Shown: positions 39,245 through 51,232 of the stretch, piece after piece
How the letters are laid out: the number at the start of each line of letters is the position of its first letter
Numbering within the stretch: the first letter of the stretch is position 1
Source of the DNA: Kudoa neothunni
Lineage: Eukaryota > Animalia > Cnidaria
Length of the DNA: 64,000 bases
Reading direction: 5' to 3'
Assembly (NCBI GenBank): GCA_964304625.1
Contig: OZ199838.1
Span: 9,575,245 to 9,639,244, forward strand
The notes under the pieces: model-generated
Told to the model about the DNA's origin: nothing
Database searches by the model: none
What the model saw: the letters and a program-made list of their open reading frames with translations, nothing else
Program-made: the position numbers and the translations under genes

Positions 39245-42122
39245 CCTTCCGAGCGTCCCTGGGGTCAATATGACCCCCAGCCGGCTTAATCCACGTTTTC
39301 CTCAATGCACGATTTATGAAAACAATTTATTTTTATTTCTAATTAAAAGTATTATAATTATAACTATTTTCCAAAATTTTAGATCTATAATTTTTATATA
39401 CATTTAAAATCACGCTACCACACGGTGGGGGTCAAAATTACCTCCACCTTTTTATTAAAAAATCTGAATAGCTTTTTAATAGAGGACTATACAGTGCATT
39501 GGGAGTTAGTTTAATGTTGTATAAAATGTATAAATCTTATAAATTGGTGTTTAGTAGATACGAAAAAATTACACTGTTAATCACGCGCGAGACAATATAT
39601 TCCAAATTTACGATAAAACATTTTATTCAAATTAAAACACTAACAATGTCATCTATTGAGATAAAACATCATTTAAATGTTATCAAAAGTTTATCAGATA
39701 TATATATATATATATGTAATTATCTGATTAAAACAACCATGCGAGCTTTATTTTTGACGTTGGATCATTAACTTATTTCCATCTGCAGATGGAGAAAAAC
39801 ATTGTTACTTTATTATCCATATTCGAATATTAATTGATGTATGATTATTTTGAGCAATTGTTCACATTGTTAATAAGTCACACTTCTCGATTTTTATGTC
39901 ATTTTTAAACTCCCGCACAAAAATTCTCATCCCAACCTTTTGTTCAACAACTTTAAAAAGTTTTTTAAATAGATGGATTTACAATAAAATAACAGTTAAT
40001 TTAATATTTTATAAATTTATTAAAATTCTAAAATTAGTGTTGGAATTATAGGAAGATACTACTTCTACAGGTCGTGTGTGTGGTACAATGGATTCCGAAT
40101 CGTCCGAAAAAATCGTAAATTTTGAGGAAACTGATTCAGAATTTAGTGACTACATGATTGATGACCCTTCAACTAATTATTCAGACTCTAAATCTAATGA
40201 TGAAAACAATTTTAACGACGAAGATGGTCACACACTTATGTCGTTTGAATATTTTATTGACCACCGTATGCTCGACTGGATTGTTGATTGTACCAACAAC
40301 TACATAAACGAAGAACGACAGGGGTTAATTCCAAACACAAAAGATGACCTGATGAAGTATATTGGTTGCAGCTTGCTAATGGTGATAATCGTGAAAATCA
40401 AAGGTAAAAATATGGACGTTCGGGAATTTTGGAGTCCCAAATACGGCCAACCGATGATCATACAATCAATATCCATTCGCCTTTTGAAAAATTATGTTCC
40501 TGCATAAGATTTCACAAACACGACGAAAGGAACAAAAATGATAAATTTTCACCAATAAGAGAAATTTTTGAACAGTTTATTGATAATTTCAGGAAAAATT
40601 GCTCTCCAAGTGAACAAATGACAGTGGGCGAGCAACTTGTGACATTTCGGGGCATATGTGGTTTCAAAATGTATATTTCAAGCAAGCCCGGGAAATATGG
40701 AATTAAAATATGGGCATTATGCGATTCTAAAAACGCGTATTTATTTAATGCTAAGGTATATTTTGGAAAAGAAAACGGCCAAGTAGAGTTTCATCTGGAC
40801 AAAACTGTAGTCAAAAATCTATGCGAGCCTGTTTTTAAAACTGGTAGAAACATCATAACAACCGACAATTTTTTTACCACTCTATCTCTTGCAAGATTCC
40901 TACTACGTCAATGATTAATTATAGTTGGAACTGTCAAGAAAAATAAAAAATTTTTACCGGCAGAATTCCAGGACAAAAAGGGAAAAGGAAGAAACGTGAA
41001 GTTTTTATTCATAGGGAAAATTACCATTGTAAAGTATAGTCCCTAACACAATAAATCGGTAGTCTTTTGTTTACACTTCGCAGAAATACAGCAATTGATG
41101 TAAGTAAAAAATCTGAGATTGTCACATATTATAATAATACCAAAGGAGGTGTGGACACATTGGGCCAAATAGTCCGACATTTCTCTGAACAAAGAGAAAC
41201 TAGAAGAGGGCCGATGGCATTTTTTTAATACTTTAGATATTGTTGCTTACGACTGTTATTTGTTGTACTGTGAAAAGCATCCTGCATTCATCGACAGATA
41301 TAAAAATAGGTCCTGAAAAGAGTTTATCAAATTATTAACAGATGAGCTTTTACCCCCAAAAGATGTTGAGAAAAAACTCACACATTGAAGAGACCGAGAA
41401 TACCTCAAACTAAAATCAGAAAATGGTGTCAAATTTGTTGTCGCGATGATAAAAGTAAGACCACCACTCAATGCAAGTTTTTCTTTAAAATGGTTTGCAA
41501 TAATCATCAAGATGAAATTATTATTTGTATTAATTGTTTAAATTCTATTATAAATAAATAAACTTTTTGAAATTTTTAAATGCATTTTTATTGATTTCTT
41601 GTGTGAGTTATAAGTGACTTAACGATTGGAAAGGCTGAATAAATGAAAGTGTATATAATTGATTAAAACAGTATCCACATCAAACATTATTTGAAAAAGA
41701 GCTACATATTATCATCATATTTCTTCATCCACATATGGGAATAGTTGAGTAATCTAATGGCCAAAATAAAGTTCATAATATTAACCCTAGAAATCATATT
41801 CGGTACTTCCAATCCTAAACTGATAAGGTTCAAATTAAACTTTATCCAAATTTATTATTTAATTTATATATTTATTTCAATAAAAGGATTTATTTCGCCA
41901 ATTTGGAATTTATTGAGTCGCGCTTACAATTAAAATTGTTTATTTTTTATATCTACTAGACATTGATTTATAAATTTTATACATTTTACACAACACTAAG
42001 TTATAATCTCATATAATTTATTGTCATCCATTGAAAACCTATTCAAACTTTTCCAAAAGAGGTAGGGGTCAAAATAACCCCCACCGTATGATAACGTAAT
42101 ATTTTCTCCATTTGGACGAGGG
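39245..42122 (+). mobile_element. Degenerate piggyBac transposon
   Basis: TTAA at both ends. About 200-bp subterminal inverted repeats (~39420-39610 vs ~41900-42090). Transposase pieces at 40076-41540 (TVGEQLVTFRG, KPGKYGIKIW, TDNFFT, YNNTKGGVD). Confidence 0.85.
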
Positions 42123-43116
42123 TTAAGTTATTTTTGAAAACTACTTATGTATTGAGACAGAGTTAATTCTTTTACGGCGAGCTCTACTATTAGTATCCCT
42201 GGTTAAGATCTTCTGTTTAAGATCAGCATAATAGTCAAAATATTTACTAAGGTGTCAAATGTTTAAAACTTATTATTATTTAGAAAAGTTCAAAATAGTT
42301 CCTATTGAACCTTATAAGATTTAGCACGCCTGAGTGGTTTGAACTATGATGATAAAAAGGTGTAACCATCATCTGGAAATTTTATCTGTAGTTGGTTGTA
42401 TTGTTTTCACGTTTGCCATTTTAAATCAACAACAAATCCTATTTATAGACGATATACAAAGTTAATTGTATTGATCTGCTACATTTAATTTATTCTAAAC
42501 AAACGATAGAAATTTAGGGGACAGAAATAATTAAATATAACTGATTACCAAATATTTGTTTGTGAATATTTTAGTCAATATGAATGTCCGTTTAACGCTA
42601 AAAACGTAAGAATAGATTTTGCGCACGCGCATGGCGAATTAAAGATGAATTTGCGTGGGCCAATAGAAACGGTCATTTGAACCATATACTGTTAACAGTA
42701 TCATATTTAAGATGTAATAAATAATATTATAGATACTTAATTTGTTTGAAAGTCAATCTAAATATTTTAAGTGTAAAATTGTTAAATTTTATTAGCTCGT
42801 TATGAGTCATGTAATTGTTTTTTAGAATTTTTTTCATAATAATTTAAAAAAAAAGGTTAATATTTCTTTAGAAAATACGCACAACAATTGGACTTGTATA
42901 AACTTAATTGTGTACCAATTATTACGTTGATTATATTGATATTTTGATTTTAACAATTAGAAAATTTTATAATATTTTCATTTATGAAAATATTAAATTA
43001 GTAATAAACGTTTCTCGATTTTAAAATTACATTTAGTTTGAAGAGATTACATCGCGAATATTATCGAGTGTAGACGAAAGAATTAGTCACTTCACATTTT
43101 GTTTCGTTACGATAAA

Positions 43117-43473
43117 ATGGTGAGAATTATGGGTGAAAAAGCCGCCTTAACTCTTATTATCGTAGGTTCCGTTGGAATAGTGTTTATGGTACCAGAGATA
43201 ACCGTGTGTATCACATTAACACAATTTTTAGGGCGTTCTGGGCTTATCATTTTCTTCACATTGTGGCACCCTTATTAACGATGTTCCAGAAGGTGATGGA
43301 CCTATTGAGAAACGGTTTTGATAACGTTGCATCGTAATTTCCATTAAACATCTAAAAATAGTGACTATTTTAAATATAGATTGTGTTATATAAATGTTGG
43401 AATATGGTTCGTTATTACAATGCTCTCTTCAGCTCAATTCATCTTGATAAGAAATGGCAAACGTTTTATATAA
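43117..43473 (+). CDS. RNASEK: Ribonuclease kappa / V-ATPase subunit f (two-TM small protein)
   Basis: Introns 43189-43231 and 43334-43379 give MVRIMGEKAALTLIIVGSVGIVFMGVLGLSFSSHCGTLINDVP...KRFDNVASLCYINVGIW...SSAQ. The LIxDVP and C-x-I...Q pattern matches RNASEK. One T must be removed at 43316-43319. This gene is missed by the ORF track. Confidence 0.8.
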
Positions 43474-43863
43474 CTTTTTATTTTATAATTCATATTTTCT
43501 GATAATTTTTTTTATGAAAATCCGAATATTTAGACCATTACGCTTTTTCGATTTCATTAAGCTCTTACGTTCGCACATTAGATAAAATTTATTGCTATCT
43601 AATGTTAATATAAAGAAATAATACGCAACTTTTTAGGTAAATGTGCGGTAGGTCCAATTCAATAATTAATCATAAAATATACGTTTTTTGTTATATCAGC
43701 GTAAACCTGTTACATATTTATTATAAGAAAATCGTTTCATAACTACTCAAATAGAGATGACCAGAGGAACTTAATTTAAAAAATTTACGCAACACAAAAC
43801 TAATTTTTGTAAAGCCACCAAAAGAAACAGTTTATGACAAAATTTAAAAAATTTAATGAAAGT

Positions 43864-44088
43864 TTATAGTTTTTTAGATATTTCGCGTAATGGAGACACT
43901 GGCTGAGGCATCCTTTTCGACATTAAACGACGTTCTATTTCATAAAAGGAAAATTTGTTGTAATTGAAATATTCGCCACATTTGTAGTCATTCTTTGGCT
44001 TTTCTAATTTCTTGGCACTTTTTTTATCAACGAAACTTTTGGTGTTTGACAAAAAGCGGGCATTTTTAACTAACTTCCACAATGTCAT
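43864..44088 (-). CDS. NDUFV3: NADH:ubiquinone oxidoreductase subunit V3 (10 kDa)
   Basis: Basic N-terminus resembling a targeting peptide, then YKCGEYFNYNKFSFYEIE..L..KRMPQP, the characteristic NDUFV3 C-terminal motif. Confidence 0.85.
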   Translation of the reverse strand: MTLWKLVKNARFLSNTKSFVDKKSAKKLEKPKNDYKCGEYFNYNKFSFYEIERRLMSKRMPQPVSPLREISKKL

Positions 44089-45259
44089 CGGCCAAAATAG
44101 AGTTTAACTGTGTGGCTTCGGCGAGAAAATCACACTCGTTAAAAATCGTAAGAAAATTCATTGTTTATCCACAAAAGATGCTAATTTCTTTTCTTTGATA
44201 TTTTTTCGATACAATAAATTGATCACTTACTCAGAAAGACTGTATGGATTTATATCGCCGCATTTCAGTATTGATGATCGAAAGCGCCGTAAGTAGCCCG
44301 CCCCGATTTCATTTGTATTGTGGCTTGCGTCATAAAAAGTGACGCTTATGAATAATTGTTCCGTAAATGAATCCTAATGTTTCCTAGCGTTTGTCTCTGC
44401 CATAATTACCAGCCCAAATGGTAGAATATACCCCGACATTTTCTCGTATGATTTCTGTCGGTATTATTTGATTCCTTTCTTGAGTTATCGTGAGGCAGCA
44501 ACTACTTTTTTAATATATTCCCGAATCATCTTATATTATTAATTTTGGAGAATACATTTTACACCATATTTTTTCTTCTTTACAATGGTTTCATCGAATT
44601 AAACCATTATGTCTCTCCCGCTAATTTTTGAAAATTCATTGTCCATTATTGAAGCCCTTCAGGTCTTTTAATGTAGTTTTTCAGCCACACGTTTCGAGAT
44701 ACGACAATAGGTATGAATTATTGAATAGTTTGATGTGTCATGTTTGGATGCTTTATTACACAAATATTCTTTTAGAAAGGATTCCGGATAGATTGCTTTT
44801 TTGAATGTTCAAAAATAGACCTACTCTTACGGTAAATCTCTTGGAGAACTTTTTACTGTTATATTTACATCCATTGCTAATGTATTATCTTAAAATGATG
44901 TAAATTTGTCCGTCACAAAAATAAATGTGAATACTAGGTAATACACCGATATTCTGGGACCAATTTATAGTATACGATAAATCCTTTCTGAAATATCCTT
45001 GATCTAATATTTTTATACCGAATATTATCTAAAGCGTATATTCTTTTAAAAGAGGATATAGGCGGGGATCGATTATTCTATTAGATTAGACGAAACCTGG
45101 TATGTATACTGATAATTTAGTCAACTTATTGTATGAGTTCGCCTGCATAGTATTGAGTATGAAAATTTACAAACATATTTTTTTCTCATTGTAGAAATAT
45201 TATTTTTTTATTGTAAAACTAAATTGTTCCTTTATATTTTGAAGTTACCACATCAAGTT

Positions 45260-46718
45260 TGTTGGCCTAACAATCACTGTAATTACACGAGTTCTATCAA
45301 ATATTTTTAGCATTTATACAAGTGCCACTTTTTAACCATCGTCAAAAATAGAATAATCTAATGGAAACTAAGATTTTTTATTAATCGTATTTTCGATTTT
45401 CTCGACATTCCCACCACAAAGGGTAAACAAGGGGACATTATACTTCTATAGGATAGAGATGAACAATTGATCTTTTGAACAGTGTTCCATTTGAAAACCT
45501 CGTTAGGGTTGACCTTACCTTTTTAACATCTCCTGCGTATATGGATTCTATCATCGCAAGTTTCCATTCTCATTTTGGTGAATTATCTTCAGTGAGAAGT
45601 ATATCACGTTTAATAATCGATGCTTGTTGTACACACTTTTTATTTGAAAACTTTTCATTTTATTCCTCACGAACGCTCAAGAGATATTCATGTTTCCATG
45701 ATTTCCAATGTTTAAAAATTAACATTCTAACAAGTTCAGGTTTTTTTAATTCAGTTCTTGTAATTTCTCATACTTTGAGTATGAATACTCTTGAAAATTT
45801 TGAAAGTAACAGCGGCATCAAATAAGATTCCGGTAAATCAACATCCAAAGTCTTTATTTTTGTCAAAATTGCTAAAGTTATGTTGAAGATCAATCTTAGA
45901 CAGCTCGTCAAATATGATGCGTCCTTGATCCCATACAATTTTTCTTATAACAGATTGATAACATCTTGTTGTTTACTATATTTTTTCTTTAATAACTTCA
46001 ATGGACGTTATAATTACTAGCTTACGATGATATATCCTCGATCAATTGATTTGTTATATCTCCAAAAATCAGGCTCTTTAGATATATCAATTTGGAATAA
46101 TCATTTAAATCACTGTTCGTATTAGCGAAATTTTCTAAATTTTAACAAAAATTCTTTCCATTTGTGAGATCTCCTATCAAACTTTTTATTGAAATTGGTG
46201 ATAGGTGCACTTATACAGTATTATCTTCTGACGGTTTCTTTGAGAGGAATCTGGTGAGCTAATATATTCCGTTTTTATCCCATAAGTGTAAGTAGGATCT
46301 TCTATTTCGTTTAATTTTAGTGCTTCCTCTATATCGTACAAAAATATTTCTGAATCCATCAAAACGTTGGTTCAATCTCCAAATTTTTGACCCCTTTCGT
46401 CTTTTATTTTCTTATCGATGCTTTCTCTATGTATTTTAAGGGCGCGCTCCATTTTTCTCTCTAAATGTTTAATACGACAACGTCTCTATCTCCACTTAGC
46501 TTTGTCAATGCATGCTCAGCCAACTGACCTATTTTTGTACAGTTGCCATATAAAGTTTCTTCGATTCTACTATTGCTTTGTCGTCACTGGGTGTCATCTC
46601 ACATGTTCTTAGCTCTGACATAAGTTTTATTTTTTAACCGTACTCAAAAATAAGTTTATTCAATGGAAATTAAAATGTTATATTAATCCTTGTCTTGAAT
46701 AAATCGATTTTCTCGACA
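45260..46718 (-). mobile_element. Internally deleted BEL/Pao LTR retrotransposon relic; left boundary approximate
   Basis: Two diverged direct repeats begin TGTCGAGAAAATCGA on the minus strand at 46718 and 45407; the second follows a purine-rich GTGGTGGGAA tract. Between them a gag-like LMPLLLSKF segment joins HWKSWKHEYL...DILL.ED...W.LA.I...G...VR (BEL/Pao C-terminal region). Confidence 0.65.
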
Positions 46719-48137
46719 AGGTCAAACCGAAGGTGTTAGTACAAGAAAATAGGGCTCCAAAATCATTAGAATTATGTTGAAAAATTTAGTATACGTTTAT
46801 AACTTGGGCAACTATACTACCTAATATATTCTCCTGTTAAATGAAAATCGAACCGAATCAAATTTTTAATAATGAGATACATTGATGGTAGAGTTACATT
46901 TGTGTATTTTGTTGCATCAGTCACTTGATTTAACTATCCAGCCTTAAATTTATAGAAAAGTTTAGTGCTTTTTTCTTTAAGCTCTAACCTCCTACGTACG
47001 TTTTATACACCTCACAGGTATAATAGATCCAACAATTTCCCTTTCTGTGGTACTATGTAGGGATATAAAACATTGAAGATCATCGTCTCAAGGAGCCTTC
47101 ACAACATAAAGTTATCTATTCGATGATGTTGGTTCTGTAAAGCTCTTGATTCAGTTAGTTCATCCAAGACAATTATAAAATTTTAATGACTCTCCTTCTT
47201 ATCAGGCCGTTGGTGTTTCGTCCATAAAGAGGGGCGAATACATCAACGAAAGCTTCCTTTACGAAATATATGTTATTTATGAAGATAAAATGAGTTAACT
47301 AGAGGAAAGGTATGAATCAAAAACTCAGGATTCACGAACCCTTCCACACACATCGTCTATGCTCAAGGAATAATTGCTTGATTGCTGCGTTAATAATCTA
47401 AAAGCGTTAATATTTTAAAATGAAATTATTAATGAATTAATTATTTCCTTGTTTAAATATAACTAAATCAAAGTGAGTTTTCACTTTGCCAAAACTATTG
47501 ACTTTTAATGACATTACAAAACCGCTTAAGTGATAATAAAAAACGATCACAAATAATAACGTACAAAAAGATTCAACACCCAATAACTTTACAATTTTTA
47601 ATTAAAAATAAATGAACCACATATTATTTCATTAATGGAATTCTGAGCGTATTTACAGAATTTCCCGGATTAGATTTAGATGATTGAGGATTACTTGATG
47701 CTGTTTTTCAATTTCACACGACAATTTATAGTAAACAAAATTATAATCATTAATAATCACCAACAATGCTTTATAATAAATATCAAAACACTTGTGGTGT
47801 CTTGCAGTATGAGTTATTATATTATTTTTTTCATAAACTCTTTTTGATTTTCTGTTCCTCAAATAGTTCAGAATTTTATACTCTCAAAACTTAAAACATA
47901 TTTATAATCATATTTGTTTGGATGAGGATGTAAATTCTCTTGGATGTATATAATTGACTCGGAATTTTAAAACTTTTATATTTCTAGGAGTTAAATAAAC
48001 AAACAATGTTAACATAAATTTTTTGAATATTTATGAAGAATTTTAAATACTAATGATATTATAAAACTAAGTATTATAAATCGATAATTAATGAATTGAT
48101 GAGGTATCATCAAGGTGATTCGTAACTTTTTCCGAGT

Positions 48138-51100
48138 TTATTGTTTTCTTTTATAAACGGTAAATCCTACTGCAGCTGCGGCACCAACCCCAATAATCGA
48201 CAGAATAATCGCTCTAAATACAGTTATTTCATCATCAAATTAAAATCTAATTTCCATATACATAATTTTAGCGTTAGATCTAAAAAATAATTTAAATTTA
48301 TATATGAATTATATTTGGCAAACTTGAAGCTGCTTTTGGCTCCTATTAATTATATATACATAACAATAACAAACTTATTATCTACCTTCATAAATTTCGG
48401 CGACACCAAAATTTGATGTATCATCGGAACTATAAACAACCAAATGATAATTGGCATTATCTGCTATATCAGTTATATTAAAGCTTGTGCAAAGAGGGTA
48501 AGTTTCGCATTCGTCGGTGTTTTCTTCCATGCAAGACTTGACTCGTAAATTTGACCTGCTGCTCATATTTCGTAGTTCCCATTTGCACTTTGATGTGTCC
48601 ACCATGCCTGGAGGGAGTTTGTTTTCTACAATAAGCATCTCTCCATCTCGTTTTATCTCCACTTGTATTGCTTTAGTTGGTTCATTAGGGTTTGCTTTAA
48701 TTGGATCTAATGAAAATAATAATTTTAGAATAAAATATTGTTTCGACATGTTAGAATCTTAAACTGTTACTTGCTTCTAGAATGACTTCAGTTTCTATGG
48801 ATTTCCCAGTAGCTTTAATAACCACCATATACTCGTTCTGAGCATCATAATCCTGGAATAAAATAGAACTACATAGAGGTAGTGATGAGCATGAATTGGG
48901 ATATTCAGATTTAGCAGGCATCTCAATAGTTTCAGTCTTATTAGTAACAGTGGAAGTGACATCCTCTGTCGTTTCAATAACAGTAGAAATGGTATTCTCT
49001 GTCGTTTCAGTAACAGGAGAAGTGATTTCCTCGGTCATTTCAGTAACAGATGTGGAGCTTACTCCTGCCTTTCTGACTATTCTTGAAGAGTATGAATTCG
49101 ATATGCTCTTTTTTTCCTCATTAGTTGTCATGGATAAACTTGACATAGCTGGGGTTTTCGGCCAGAGGGATGAAGTTTCTCCCAGACATGAATAAACATG
49201 TTCATAATTTTCCCCTCTTTTAACTTTAACTGTAAATTCACAAACTGCGGTTGGGTCGTCCACGGTGAGTTGTGCATTAAACAAAACACCTTCAAATTTA
49301 ATCTTATGAGTTACATTTAATTTGGACGAAGCTACGAGAAATTAAATTGATTTTTCGAATATTAAGGTTACCTGTTTTGACGTCTGGAAAAACAGTTTCA
49401 CCCAGACTATGAAATGCGGAAATTTTCACATCGTAAATAGTGTTTGGCTCCAGTTCTGTTATTGTCACTTGATCATTACAGAAATCTCTACAAGGATTGC
49501 TGTGCTCGCATTTTGCAGGATAGAATGTATTCTTTCCAGCAGGACTTAAATAAAATTCACATTTCGGTTCTTCCATTCGGTGCTTGTAGGGACCTGTTGC
49601 AGAGGCGGTTAATGAGATACTTGATTCAGTCACGTTGGATATAGAAACTTGAAATTTGACACCAGAAGTGGGTTCTTATTGTTTTTTTAATCAAGTGATA
49701 TACAAAAACTATTACTTGTTTTTAGGAATAAGTATTCCTTAGAATTCGCTGGATCAGTTACACCAGTTATAATTTCAAGCATATAAGGTTGAGCTGGATC
49801 AAAATTTTTAAGAACAAGTTTACTGCAATCTCTTTTGCACCGGCCTTTATTATCGCCAGGTAATTTACTATTATCTTCGCAAATGGCTTCTTGCGTTAAT
49901 GTTGGTTTGAAAACATCACCATCGTAATATTTTACTATACATCCAGATATTAAGTGCTTCGAATTTCTTACAAAAAGCTCCCCATCAAATGTTACACCTT
50001 TGGCTGTGTGTGCGGATAATAATCCGTCAGCGCCGTCAGCAGTCACTATAAAATATAATGAGAAAAAAATCGTTCACTTATTTTATAGACTACCAATTTT
50101 CGTTTGTAAGAATCCTTGATAATCTGCGCCGTCTGTTTTCATTAGGTCGTGATGTCTAGTCTGGATCAAAACTTTGTAGAAATTCATCGGTTTAGTAACC
50201 GTTAGCTCCACATCCCGACACAGCGTATAGCAATCTCCCTCAGTGTTACCGCAATTTGACTCGTATTTATCAGAACTGTTATCAGACTTGGCTCCTTTAA
50301 TCTTCACTACACAAATCTCAGAAGATAGAGGATTTGTGAATTTCAAAGCGACTTGTTTATCGTTGGTGGCACTCTTTATCAAATAATACTGAGGCTGATA
50401 TGTGGGAGTATTCTTTTTCAAAAATATGTTTGGGAGAGTATAAAAAAAGCTTGGATAATTGCCACACCTCATTTCATAATTTGGAATATATGCGTAATGT
50501 GGGACATGAATATTACTGTCGGTAACACATGTCGCGAGATTGCTATCCATGTATTTGATATCTTTATAGTAAATGGAGCACGTAACTGGGGCACAGGTCT
50601 TAGTCGCAAATTTTAAATCTGTGTTGGATTCGGTGGATATGGTAATCTGTGGATCTGCTATTAATGCTAAATAAAAACATCAAACGGGGTGAAACAAAAC
50701 AATAATTTAATTTACGGGTAGATAAACCGTAGACTTTTCCTCCCCTTACGTGTCCTTCACCGTTCACAGTGGAGTTCGCATCTCCAGCGAGCACATACAG
50801 GTATTTTGTTCTTGGGGAGAATTTGGCGTAAGTTAATTTTAATAAGTTGGTATTTCCAGAACAGGTTCTTACGCATTTTGTTGGGCTGTCGCTAGCAGTC
50901 CCAGGACAATCATTAATTTCGAGAAAAACAACAGCTTTCGACACATCCATCGAAATATCTGTCTCGTTGGACCTAAGTAGACGGCACGTTCTATTTCCTT
51001 TGTAATTATTCCCATAGAGGGAAATTTGTATTTGATTCGTCTCGTCAGTAGCAGTAGGTTTAACAATCTGGTATGTTACAGTACCACCTGTGTTTGGAGC

Positions 51101-51232
51101 TGATGAAGTAGCATACGCTAGACGTGAAGTTCCCAATATAACAATTGATAATACTAAAAAACAGATGCAAATAAGAGACAGAAATTAAGAATAAATACGA
51201 ATTAAAGTTAATTTTTTTATTAGAACGAACAT
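48138..51232 (-). CDS. Orphan type-I membrane protein of about 900 aa: signal peptide, about 7 Cys-containing FN3-like modules, Thr/Ser-rich insert, TM helix, tail YKRKQ
   Basis: Successive minus-strand ORFs are joined by short GT-AG introns. Start MFVLIKKLTLI|LLSIVILGTSRLAYA. FN3 signature TITELEPNTIYDVKISA. Micro-exons 48324-48342 and 48262-48279 keep the frame into the TM segment AIILSIIGVGAAAVGFTVY. Confidence 0.8.
48927..49058 (-). repeat. Coding 33-bp (11-aa) tandem repeat, about 4 copies, mucin-like
   Basis: [G/A]TAACAG recurs at 48944, 48977, 49010 and 49043. It encodes VTEMTEEITSP / VTETTENTIST / VIETTEDVTST / VTNKTETIEMP. Confidence 0.85.

Noticed and set aside
48927-49058. CRISPR-like repeat array
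   Set aside because: These are degenerate in-frame 33-bp coding repeats with no spacers, in a eukaryotic gene.
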